A stretch of DNA of 64,000 nucleotides from an uncultured Phycisphaeraceae bacterium. Lineage in GTDB: Bacteria; Planctomycetota; Phycisphaerae; UBA1845. The notes beneath the pieces are model-generated. The model saw only the letters and a program-made list of their open reading frames with translations, did not search any database and had not been told where the DNA came from. Made by a program: the position numbers and the translations under genes. The stretch lies in assembly GCA_964526695.1 (NCBI GenBank), contig CAZGJA010000042.1, positions 21,145 through 85,144 of the forward strand. The letters are read 5' to 3'. This document shows, one piece after another, positions 55,575 through 64,000 of this stretch; the first letter of the stretch is position 1, and the number at the start of each line of letters is the position of its first letter.

Positions 55575-58500
55575 TCACCTTGCCACTGCGCAGGCCGCCG
55601 GCTCGCTGTCGACCTCTTCGCCCCCTTTCGTGCGACCCGCTCCCAGGAGCGAATACAACGCCGGAATGATCATCAAGGTCAGCAAATTGTCCGAGATCAC
55701 GCCGCCGATCACCACGGTCGCCAGCGGACGCTGCACTTCCGCGCCGATGCCCGTGTTCAGCGCCATGGGGATGAACCCCAGCGCGGCCACGGTCGCAGTC
55801 ATGAGGATCGGGCGGAGTCGCATCACGCGCGTTTCTTCTATGGCCTGCGGCAGCGCGACGCCCGCGGCGAGCCGTTGACGTAACGTGGAAACCAGCACCA
55901 GCCCGTTAAGCATCGAAACACCCGACACGGCCACAAATCCCACGCCCGCGGCAATGGTGAACGGCATGTCGCGGAGGTGAAGCGCAATAATGCCGCCCAA
56001 TGCGGCAAACGGCGCGCCGGTGAAAATGATGAGCGAATCTCGCACCGATCGCACGCTTAGATACAATAACACCAGAATCAGCGCCAGAGCCAGCGGCACA
56101 ACCACGGACAGTCGCCGGCTGGCGCGGATCAGATGCTCATACTGTCCGCCCAGCGCCCAATGATATCCCACGGGGAGCTTCAATGCCTCGTTCAACTTGC
56201 CCTGCGCCTCCCGGACAAATCCTCCCAGATCGCGCCCGCGCACGTTGCATTGCACAATGATGCGGCGCTTCTGCCACTCGCGGTTGATGGCCGCGGGGCC
56301 TTCGGACTGGCGGATTGTCGCCAGGCGACGCAGGGGAAGCCGCTCGCCCGAGGCCGTGGTGACGAGGATATTGGAGAGGGCCTCGACATCGCGCGCCTGA
56401 TCCTCTGCGAGCTTGAGCACGAGGTCGAATCGCCGATCGCCTTCGCGGATCTGTCCGACGGTAATGCCGCCGATGGCCTCGATCATCTCGAGCACGTGCG
56501 CCGCGGGGACGCCGTGTCGCGCGACCGCGTCCTGGTCGATGCGGACTTCCACGACCGGCAGGCCGGTGACCTGCTCGACGGACACGTCCGCGCTGCCCGG
56601 AATGGACTTGAGCAGAGTTTCCGCCGCGCGAGCCTGTTGCTTGAGGATCTCCAAGTCCTCGCCGAATATCTTGACGCCCACGTCGGCTCGAATGCCGGCA
56701 ATCATCTCATTCATGCGCATTTCGATGGGCTGGCTGAAGGCGACATTCATTCCCGGCAGTTTGGCCAACACCTCGTCAATGCGTTCCACCAGTTCGTCCT
56801 GCGTGCTTGCGGCCTTCCATTCCTCTCTCGGTTTCAGTGTCAAGAAGATGTCAGTCACTTCCAAACCCATGGGGTCGGTCGCGATCTCCGCCGTGCCGGT
56901 GCGGCTCCAGACGTCGCGGATTTCGTCGGGGAAGCGTTCCAACAGGAGCTTCTCGATCTGATCCCCATAACGGATTGATTCATCGAGCGACACGCCTGCA
57001 AGCCGGACGGTGTTCATCGTGATGGCCATTTCTGACAGGCGGGGAATGAACTCCGCGCCCAGTCTCAAGCCCAGCCACGCGCCTCCGCCCAGAAGCACCA
57101 TGCCCCCCGCCAGTGTGACGACACAATGGCGCACCGCGAATCGGATCATCGGACGAAACGCGGCTTGCAACAATCGAATCAGGACATTCTCCGTGGCCCC
57201 GTGCTTCTTGCGGGCAAGCAACAGGCTGCACAATACCGGCATGAGCGTCAGGGACAGGACCAGTGAACTGGCGAGGGCGAACAAAACCGTCAGCGCCATC
57301 GGGCGGAACAGCTTGCCTTCGATGCCTTCCAATAAAAGAATGGGAAGGTACACGACCATGATGATGAGTTCGCCGAACATGGTCGGCCCCCGGACCTCGA
57401 TGGCCGCATCGCGCACCACGTCGAGCGCGGGTCTGGTTTCGCCCGGCTGCCCGAGGCGGCGGATGCAGTTTTCCACCATGATGACGGTGCTGTCCACAAC
57501 CAGGCCGAAGTCAATCGCGCCCAGACTCAGCAAACTTGCGGCGATGCCGAATCGCACCATGTTGTTGAACGCGAAGAACATGGAGAGGGGAATGGCCAAT
57601 GCGACGATCAGGCCCGCTCGCAGGTGTCCCAGAAACACAAACAACACGGCCACCACCAGAATAGCGCCCTCGTAGAGGTTGCGCTTCACCGTCGCGATCA
57701 CCTTGTCCACCAGTTCGGTGCGTTCGTAAACGACTCGGACTTCCACGCCCTCCGGGAGCGACTTGCGAGCCTCTTCCAGTCGTGCTTCCAGCCGGCGCGT
57801 CACCTCGTGACTGTATTCACCCATGAGCATGAAACCCAGTCCGTGGACGACCTCGCCCAGTCCGTTCGCCGTGACGCCGCCGCGCCGAATCTCATATCCC
57901 TCTCGAACCTCGGCGACATCGCGGATGCGAATGGGGACGCCGTCGTGCGCCTGGATGACAATGTTGCCGATCTCGTCTAGATCAGTGGTGAGGGCAAAAC
58001 CATAGACGACGTGGAGTTCGCCCGCTTGCGTAAGTTGGCCGCCGCCCACGCTGAGATTGTTGTGACTGAGGGCGTCCCTCACATCGTCGAGGGTCAAGGC
58101 GTGCTTGACGAGCGAGGAGGGTTCGATCAGCACCTGGTATTGCCGCCGCTGCCCGCCCCAGGTGTTGACCTCGGCCACCCCCGGCACGGACGCGAGCTGC
58201 GGCTTGATGATCCAGTCTTGAATCGTGGTCAGCTCCGTGAGGCCGCGCGTGCGGCTGGTCACAATATAATGGAAGACCTCGCCCAGACCGGTGGCAATAG
58301 GCCCAAGCTCGGGGCGCTCCACGCCCGCGGGCAAGTCCGCCGCTTGCAGCCTTTCGCCGACCATCTGCCGTGCAAAATAGATGTCCGTTCCGTCTTCAAA
58401 GACCACGTTGACCTGGCAGAATCCGAATTTGGAAACCGAGCGCACTTCCGTCAGACGCGGCAGACCGGACAGCACGCGCTCCAGCGGCGCGGTGATTTGT

Positions 58501-58688
58501 TGCTCGATCTCCACGGGTCCCAGTGCGGACGCCACGGAGTTGACCTGAACCATCACGGGCGTCGTGTCGGGAAAGGCGTCAATGGGCAATTGCCGCAGCG
58601 AAAGCAGCCCCGAACCGATCAGTCCAAGAGTCAGGACGATGACCAGAAATCGGTTCTGCAGAGACCAGATGATGACCCAGTTGAGCAT
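55575..58688 (-). CDS. czcA: CzcA/CusA heavy-metal RND permease
   Basis: [43 protein letters not shown]. Confidence 0.95.
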   Translation of the reverse strand: MLNWVIIWSLQNRFLVIVLTLGLIGSGLLSLRQLPIDAFPDTTPVMVQVNSVASALGPVEIEQQITAPLERVLSGLPRLTEVRSVSKFGFCQVNVVFEDGTDIYFARQMVGERLQAADLPAGVERPELGPIATGLGEVFHYIVTSRTRGLTELTTIQDWIIKPQLASVPGVAEVNTWGGQRRQYQVLIEPSSLVKHALTLDDVRDALSHNNLSVGGGQLTQAGELHVVYGFALTTDLDEIGNIVIQAHDGVPIRIRDVAEVREGYEIRRGGVTANGLGEVVHGLGFMLMGEYSHEVTRRLEARLEEARKSLPEGVEVRVVYERTELVDKVIATVKRNLYEGAILVVAVLFVFLGHLRAGLIVALAIPLSMFFAFNNMVRFGIAASLLSLGAIDFGLVVDSTVIMVENCIRRLGQPGETRPALDVVRDAAIEVRGPTMFGELIIMVVYLPILLLEGIEGKLFRPMALTVLFALASSLVLSLTLMPVLCSLLLARKKHGATENVLIRLLQAAFRPMIRFAVRHCVVTLAGGMVLLGGGAWLGLRLGAEFIPRLSEMAITMNTVRLAGVSLDESIRYGDQIEKLLLERFPDEIRDVWSRTGTAEIATDPMGLEVTDIFLTLKPREEWKAASTQDELVERIDEVLAKLPGMNVAFSQPIEMRMNEMIAGIRADVGVKIFGEDLEILKQQARAAETLLKSIPGSADVSVEQVTGLPVVEVRIDQDAVARHGVPAAHVLEMIEAIGGITVGQIREGDRRFDLVLKLAEDQARDVEALSNILVTTASGERLPLRRLATIRQSEGPAAINREWQKRRIIVQCNVRGRDLGGFVREAQGKLNEALKLPVGYHWALGGQYEHLIRASRRLSVVVPLALALILVLLYLSVRSVRDSLIIFTGAPFAALGGIIALHLRDMPFTIAAGVGFVAVSGVSMLNGLVLVSTLRQRLAAGVALPQAIEETRVMRLRPILMTATVAALGFIPMALNTGIGAEVQRPLATVVIGGVISDNLLTLMIIPALYSLLGAGRTKGGEEVDSEPAACAVAR

Positions 58689-58888
58689 TCACGCGATCCT
58701 TGAAGTTATGTGTTGCATTGAGTTTCCACGCGGGTTGTCGGATGGACTCAACGGTTGCTGCCTGTTGGCAGCCGATTGCGATGGCGGAGACTCAGCACTT
58801 CTGCGCAGACAAAGATCCAGTCTTGTCGCGGAGCGACGAACTACCCTGAACGCGCCAATCGAGCGGCCGGCTGTCCAACCTCGGGGCG

Positions 58889-60472
58889 CTAATCATGCGG
58901 ACAACATCCGGCGCCAATGCTGCCCTTCATAATCTCCGTCTTGAGCAAATAGCTTCCCGTGGTGACGACGGTCTCGCCATCCGTCACGCCGTCGCGGATT
59001 TCGACGAGATCGTGCGTCTCATACCCGAGAGACACTTTTCGCGGCTCAAACTGCAAGTCGGCCTTCCTCACAAAGACGATATTGCAACATCCGTCCCACT
59101 GCAGAGCGGATTTCGGCACGGTCAGAAGCGGCTGCTGCTCCAAAACGGTCACCTGCGCGTGGGCGAACATGTTCGCGCGGAGCAGGCCGGACGCATTGTC
59201 CACTTCCGCCCGCGCCTTGAGCGTGCGCGTCCGGTGGTCCACCTCGGTGCTGACCCACGTGACGCGGGCCTGCGGAATCGCCCGGACCAACCCGTCGATC
59301 TCCAGGCGCACCGGCTGCCCCACCGCCAGCAGCGTCGCGTCAGACGGGTTCATATCGAGCATCGCCCACATGCGCGACGTGTCGGCGACGGCGAAGAGCG
59401 TGCGTGTGGTCTCCACGCTTTCGCCGACGACGGCGCTGCGCTCCACCACCAGCCCGTCGAAGGGCGCGACCAGTTCGAGAAGGGGGCTTAGCTCCTGCGA
59501 CTTCTCCAAGGCCTGCACGCGCGCATCGTCCCATCCCAGCGTCCGCAGGCGCAGCCCCGCCTTTTGCAAGCCCATCCGGGATTCAATCAGCCGTGCCTCG
59601 GCTTCAAGCACGTCCTTCTGCGGCGTGCCCGAGCGTTCGTGCAGATCCAGCTCGCGCTTGTGGCTGTTCTCTGCAAGGCGCAGCGACGCGACCGCTTGAA
59701 GGTAATCCGCCTTGGCCTGCGCGAACTCGGCGGAATCGACGATCGCCAGCACGTCGCCGCGGCGCACGGAGGCTCCCAAATCCGTGTGGACTTCCTGCAG
59801 GATGCCCGCCGCGCGGGACGACAGCCGGGCGAAGCGATTGAGGTCGTAGCCCAGCTCGGCATTGCAGGAGACGGTGTGGCTGATGGGTCTTGGCTGGGCG
59901 AGCACGAATTCCAATCCCGCGCGGCGCACGGTCTCCGCGTCCGCCAGCGTCACCAGCGTCGCGCCGGTTTCGCATTTCGCGTTCGGCGCCTGAGCATGGC
60001 GCGTCAGCGAAGCGGCAGCATTCCCATTCCGGGCCGCGCCGACCGATGCCGTGCCCTCCGATGCCTTGCCTTCCGGCGCCGCGCTTCCGGCGTGATCATG
60101 CCCCGCGTGATCTTCCCCGGCGCGGTCCGCATCGCTCCCGTCGCTGCCCTCGCCGTTACATACCTTGCACAGCGATTCCGGGCAGTCGTGCCCCGCGCAC
60201 CAGTCGTTCTTCTTCTTGAACGCCGCCACGAGCTTGTCGTGACACTTCCAGCACAGCGCCTCGGGCACGCCGTGCCCCGCGCACATGCCAAGCTTCTCGA
60301 TGAGCGTCGGGTCGCACCAGGGACACTCCGCCGGCGCCAATCCGTGCTCGGCGCAAATGGATCCCTCCGCAGCGGATCCGCCTCCGTCCGCCGGACCGGT
60401 AAGCGCGTACCAGAGACCGCCGGCGACAGCGCCCGCAATAATCATCAATGTGAGAATGTTTTTCATGGTCAT
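58889..60472 (-). CDS. CzcB-like MFP with Cys/His-rich N-terminal repeats
   Basis: Three C-x-x-H-x5-6-C-x-x-C repeats, DHAGHDHAG, lipoyl motifs, C-terminal GCCPHD. Confidence 0.9.
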   Translation of the reverse strand: MTMKNILTLMIIAGAVAGGLWYALTGPADGGGSAAEGSICAEHGLAPAECPWCDPTLIEKLGMCAGHGVPEALCWKCHDKLVAAFKKKNDWCAGHDCPESLCKVCNGEGSDGSDADRAGEDHAGHDHAGSAAPEGKASEGTASVGAARNGNAAASLTRHAQAPNAKCETGATLVTLADAETVRRAGLEFVLAQPRPISHTVSCNAELGYDLNRFARLSSRAAGILQEVHTDLGASVRRGDVLAIVDSAEFAQAKADYLQAVASLRLAENSHKRELDLHERSGTPQKDVLEAEARLIESRMGLQKAGLRLRTLGWDDARVQALEKSQELSPLLELVAPFDGLVVERSAVVGESVETTRTLFAVADTSRMWAMLDMNPSDATLLAVGQPVRLEIDGLVRAIPQARVTWVSTEVDHRTRTLKARAEVDNASGLLRANMFAHAQVTVLEQQPLLTVPKSALQWDGCCNIVFVRKADLQFEPRKVSLGYETHDLVEIRDGVTDGETVVTTGSYLLKTEIMKGSIGAGCCPHD

Positions 60473-60542
60473 TGTCTTTCGCAGGGCCACCGGAAAGTTG
60501 CCTTGGTTTCTTTTGAGTCTGCAATCGTTGCAACGAGAACGC

Positions 60543-63500
60543 TCACCGGGCACTTTGGCCCGGATCGCTGTTGGGTTTTCTCCGGGATGGATTCGTTGAG
60601 TCGAGCGAGGGTTCTGAATGTGCGCCGCTTGGAACGCCCTCCACGGCGGGGGCGACTTCCAGCGGCCCAGTCTCCGGCTTCTCCCATTCCTGGAACACAG
60701 GCATTGGTTTCCCTGTGGGATCCCATCCCGTGAAAATGCGGTAGAGCGCCGGCAGGACGATCAGGGAGAGAAGGGTGCTGGTGGCGAGTCCGCCGATGAC
60801 CACCGTGGCCAAGGGGCGCTGCACTTCCGCCCCGGTGCCGGTGGCGAGCGCCATGGGCACGAACCCCAAGGACGCCACCAGTGCCGTCATGAGAATGGGG
60901 CGGAGGCGCGTCAAGCTCCCCTGGATGATCGCCTCGTCGCGCGACAAGCCTTCGCGGCGGAGCTGGTTGATGAAACTGACCATCACCAGGCCGTTCAGCA
61001 CGGCCACGCCCGACAGCGCGATGAAGCCGACGGCGGCGGAGATCGAGAACGGCATGTCGCGCAGCCAGAGCGTGACGATGCCCCCCGTAAGCCCGAGGGG
61101 CACGGCGCTGAAGACGAGCAGTGAGTACTTGACGCTCTTAAACGTGCTGAAGAGCAGGATGAAAATCAGCAGGAAGCAGACGGGCACGACGATCGTCAAC
61201 CGCTCCTTGGCGGCGACCAGATTCTCGTATTGCCCGCCCCAGACGAGCCATCCGCCCGGCGGGAGTGCGACGGCCTTCATTTTCTCCTGCGCTTCGACGA
61301 CGAATGAACCCAGGTCGCGCCCGCGGACATTGCACTGCACGACGATGCGGCGCTTGCCGTTCTCGCGGCTGATCTGGTTGGCGCCCTCGGCGACTTCGAT
61401 GTTGGCGATTTGTCCCAGCGGAACGAAACCCATTTCGTGCCTGGGAACCAGGTCCCCGTGCGAGTCCCCGTAAGCGGCGAGGCGCGAGCTGCCGGATTCC
61501 TCATCATCGCCGCGCGGCAGCGGAATCGGCAAGTTTTCCAGGGTCTCGGGGCGGCCGCGCAGTGCGTCCGGAAGGCGCACGACCAGATCGAACCGCCGGT
61601 CCCCCTCGAAGAAAAGCCCTGCTTCTCGACCACCCATCGCGGCCGCCACCACGTCCTGCACGTCGGCGATGTTCAGCCCGTACCGGGCGATGGCCGCGCG
61701 GTCGATGTGGATCGTCATCGCCGGCAGGCCGCTCGTCTGCTCCGTCTTGGCGTCGGCGGCGCCGGGAATGTCCTGAAGGACTGCGAGAACCTCCTGGGCG
61801 GTCTTCTGCATCTTCGCGAAATCATCGCCATAGACCTTCAGGGCCACGTCGCCGCGGACGCCTGAGATCAGCTCGTTGAAGCGCATCTGGATCGGCTGTG
61901 TGAACTCGTAGTTGTTGCCGGGCAGCGCCTTGACCGTCAACTCGATGAGCTTCTGCAGCTTCCCCTTGTGACCTTCGAGCTTCGGCTCACCGTGCTCTTG
62001 GCCGCCGTGGGCATCCTCATCTTCCGCATGTCCGCCGCCGAGCTGCTCCATCTCCTCCGACTTCGCCGCGATCAGGCGATCAAGCTCGGCTTCACTGCGC
62101 CACGCCTCGCGCGGCTTGAAGATGATGAACGTGTCCGAGACGTTCACCGGCATGGGATCGGTCGCCATCTCGGCCGTGCCGGTCTTCGAGTACACGAACG
62201 CAACCTCGGGCAGCGCGGCGACGGCGCGCTCGACGTCGATCTGCATCAGACCCGACTGCGTGAGCGACGTGCTGGGGATGCGCATCGCGTGCATGGCGAT
62301 GTCCTTCTCGTCCAGCGTCGGAACGAATTCCTGCCCGAGGCGCGTGAACAGCAGGGCCGACCCCGCAAAGGCCGCGACCGCCAGAGCGGCGACGCCCCAG
62401 CGAAGCCGCAACGCCCATCCCACGGTGGGTTCGTACAGCGCCTTGATCCAGCGGATGGCGAAGACCTCCGTCTCCTTGACTTTCCCACGAATCAGGATCG
62501 CGACCATCGCCGGCACGAAGGTAAGCGACAGAACGAACGCGGCGACGAGGGCGAAGATGACGGTGATCGCCATCGGGTGAAACATCTTCCCTTCGACGCC
62601 GGTCAGCGCCAGAATCGGCACATAGACCGTGATGATGATCGCCTGGCCGAAGACCGACGGCTGGATCATCTCCTTGGCCGCGGTCATTACCTCGTGGAGC
62701 CGTTCCTGGAGCGACAGCACACGGCCGACGTCATGCTGCTTGTGGGCGAGCCGGCGCAGGCAGTTCTCGACGATGATGACCGCGCCGTCCACGATTAAGC
62801 CGAAGTCGATCGCGCCGAGAGACATGAGATTGCCGCTGACTCTGCTCTGCACCATGCCGGTCGCGGTCATCAGCATGGAAAGCGGAATGGCCGCCGCGCA
62901 GATCAGCGCCGCCCGCACGTTTCCGAGCAGCAGCAACAGGACCGCGATCACAAGGATCGCGCCCTCCAGCAGGTTCTTCTGCACGGTCTGAATGGTCGCA
63001 TCCACCAGCTTGGTGCGATTCAGCACGGTCTTGGCATGAATCCCGGGAGGCAGCGTGCGCTGCACGTCGCCCATCTTGGCGTCGACGGCGGCGGCGACCG
63101 TGCGGCTGTTTGCGCCCAGCAGCATGATGGCCGTGGCCACGACGACTTCCTCGCCGTTCTCGCTTGCGGATCCGGTGCGCAGCTCCCGGCCGACGCCGAC
63201 GCCGCCGGGCACCGCGATGTCGCGGACGTAGATCGGCACGCCGTTGCGCGTTCCGACCACGATCGATTCGATCTGTTGGACGCGCTCGATCCGCCCCGTC
63301 GCGCGGACGACGTAAGCCTCTCCCTTGTGCTCGATGTACCCGGCCCCGGTGCTGACGTTGTTCCGTTCAAGAGCTTCGATCACGTCGTGAAAGGTGAAGC
63401 CGTAGCTCACGAGCTTCATCGGGTCAGGCTGGACGTGGTACTGCTTGACGTAGCCGCCGATCGCCTCGACGCCGGCCACGTCCTTGACGCCCTTAAGCTG

Positions 63501-64000
63501 CGGGCGAACGATCCAATCCTGCACCTCGCGCAGGTAGGCCGCCTGCTCCAGATCCGTCGCCAGGCGCTGCCCCTCCGGTGTCAGATACGTACCGTCGCTC
63601 TGCCAGCCGGGTTGTCCATCGACGATCGCAGCTCCCTTGCCGTGCGGGTGCTCGTACTCGACGGTGTACATGTAGATTTCGCCCAGACCGGTGGCGATCG
63701 GTCCCATGATCGGCTCGGCGCCGGGCGGCAGGCTTTCCCTGGCCTCGCCGAGGCGCTCGGAGACCTGCTGGCGGGCGAAGTACACATTCACGTCGTCCTC
63801 GAAGACCGCGGTCGTCTGCGAGAAGCCGTTGCGCGAGAGCGAGCGCGTCGATTGCAGGCCGGGGATGCCCGCCAGCGCCGTCTCGATCGGAAACGTGACC
63901 TGCTTTTCGATCTCGATGGGCGAGAGCGAGGGAAACAGGACGTTGATCTGCACCTGGTTATTGGTGATGTCGGGCACGGCGTCGATCGGCAGTCGCTGGA
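60543..64000 (-). CDS. czcA: Second CzcA/CusA RND permease (5' end outside window)
   Basis: [30 protein letters not shown]; His-rich insert HAEDEDAHGGQEHGE. Confidence 0.95.
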   Translation of the reverse strand, partial: QRLPIDAVPDITNNQVQINVLFPSLSPIEIEKQVTFPIETALAGIPGLQSTRSLSRNGFSQTTAVFEDDVNVYFARQQVSERLGEARESLPPGAEPIMGPIATGLGEIYMYTVEYEHPHGKGAAIVDGQPGWQSDGTYLTPEGQRLATDLEQAAYLREVQDWIVRPQLKGVKDVAGVEAIGGYVKQYHVQPDPMKLVSYGFTFHDVIEALERNNVSTGAGYIEHKGEAYVVRATGRIERVQQIESIVVGTRNGVPIYVRDIAVPGGVGVGRELRTGSASENGEEVVVATAIMLLGANSRTVAAAVDAKMGDVQRTLPPGIHAKTVLNRTKLVDATIQTVQKNLLEGAILVIAVLLLLLGNVRAALICAAAIPLSMLMTATGMVQSRVSGNLMSLGAIDFGLIVDGAVIIVENCLRRLAHKQHDVGRVLSLQERLHEVMTAAKEMIQPSVFGQAIIITVYVPILALTGVEGKMFHPMAITVIFALVAAFVLSLTFVPAMVAILIRGKVKETEVFAIRWIKALYEPTVGWALRLRWGVAALAVAAFAGSALLFTRLGQEFVPTLDEKDIAMHAMRIPSTSLTQSGLMQIDVERAVAALPEVAFVYSKTGTAEMATDPMPVNVSDTFIIFKPREAWRSEAELDRLIAAKSEEMEQLGGGHAEDEDAHGGQEHGEPKLEGHKGKLQKLIELTVKALPGNNYEFTQPIQMRFNELISGVRGDVALKVYGDDFAKMQKTAQEVLAVLQDIPGAADAKTEQTSGLPAMTIHIDRAAIARYGLNIADVQDVVAAAMGGREAGLFFEGDRRFDLVVRLPDALRGRPETLENLPIPLPRGDDEESGSSRLAAYGDSHGDLVPRHEMGFVPLGQIANIEVAEGANQISRENGKRRIVVQCNVRGRDLGSFVVEAQEKMKAVALPPGGWLVWGGQYENLVAAKERLTIVVPVCFLLIFILLFSTFKSVKYSLLVFSAVPLGLTGGIVTLWLRDMPFSISAAVGFIALSGVAVLNGLVMVSFINQLRREGLSRDEAIIQGSLTRLRPILMTALVASLGFVPMALATGTGAEVQRPLATVVIGGLATSTLLSLIVLPALYRIFTGWDPTGKPMPVFQEWEKPETGPLEVAPAVEGVPSGAHSEPSLDSTNPSRRKPNSDPGQSAR

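Overview
GC-rich bacterial DNA, most likely Planctomycetota (Phycisphaerae-like). This is inferred from the ECF-sigma/Ser-Thr kinase pair, the dockerin-like surface proteins and the REP types. About 1-44.96 kb is an integrated plasmid/ICE-like element. Its right end is a duplicated 3' half of tRNA-Gly(CCC) flanked by integrase arm-like repeats. The backbone encodes ParB, DUF932, three small SSB-like paralogues, an orphan DNA methylase, two Replic_Relax-type proteins with a multi-TM VirD4-like coupling ATPase, ParA plus partner, and a Rep-like protein. Cargo includes an RND pump, an ECF/kinase/beta-propeller module, a peptide ABC transporter with a radical SAM enzyme, and an AbiEi antitoxin whose toxin has decayed. 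About 45.6-64 kb looks like host chromosome: surface proteins, DUF1844, rhomboid, two PLP enzymes, trxB and a czcA-czcB-czcA cluster, with REP repeats in most spacers. Two observations stand out. (1) A 50-aa GTG-start ORF missing from the ORF track (36016-35864, minus) is made of tandem 11-aa GG-containing repeats (FRGDEELPPGG). It heads an operon encoding an E2-like protein, a JAB-E1(ThiF) fusion, a ClpB-like unfoldase and a membrane protein, with no ubiquitin-fold gene. This is a candidate ubiquitin-like conjugation system using a polymeric short-peptide tag, or alternatively a RiPP. (2) A hairpin-plus-H-type-pseudoknot element occurs three times with compensatory base changes, each time leading a short ORF that ends in an intrinsic terminator. 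All family assignments come from motif recognition by eye; no database searches were run.
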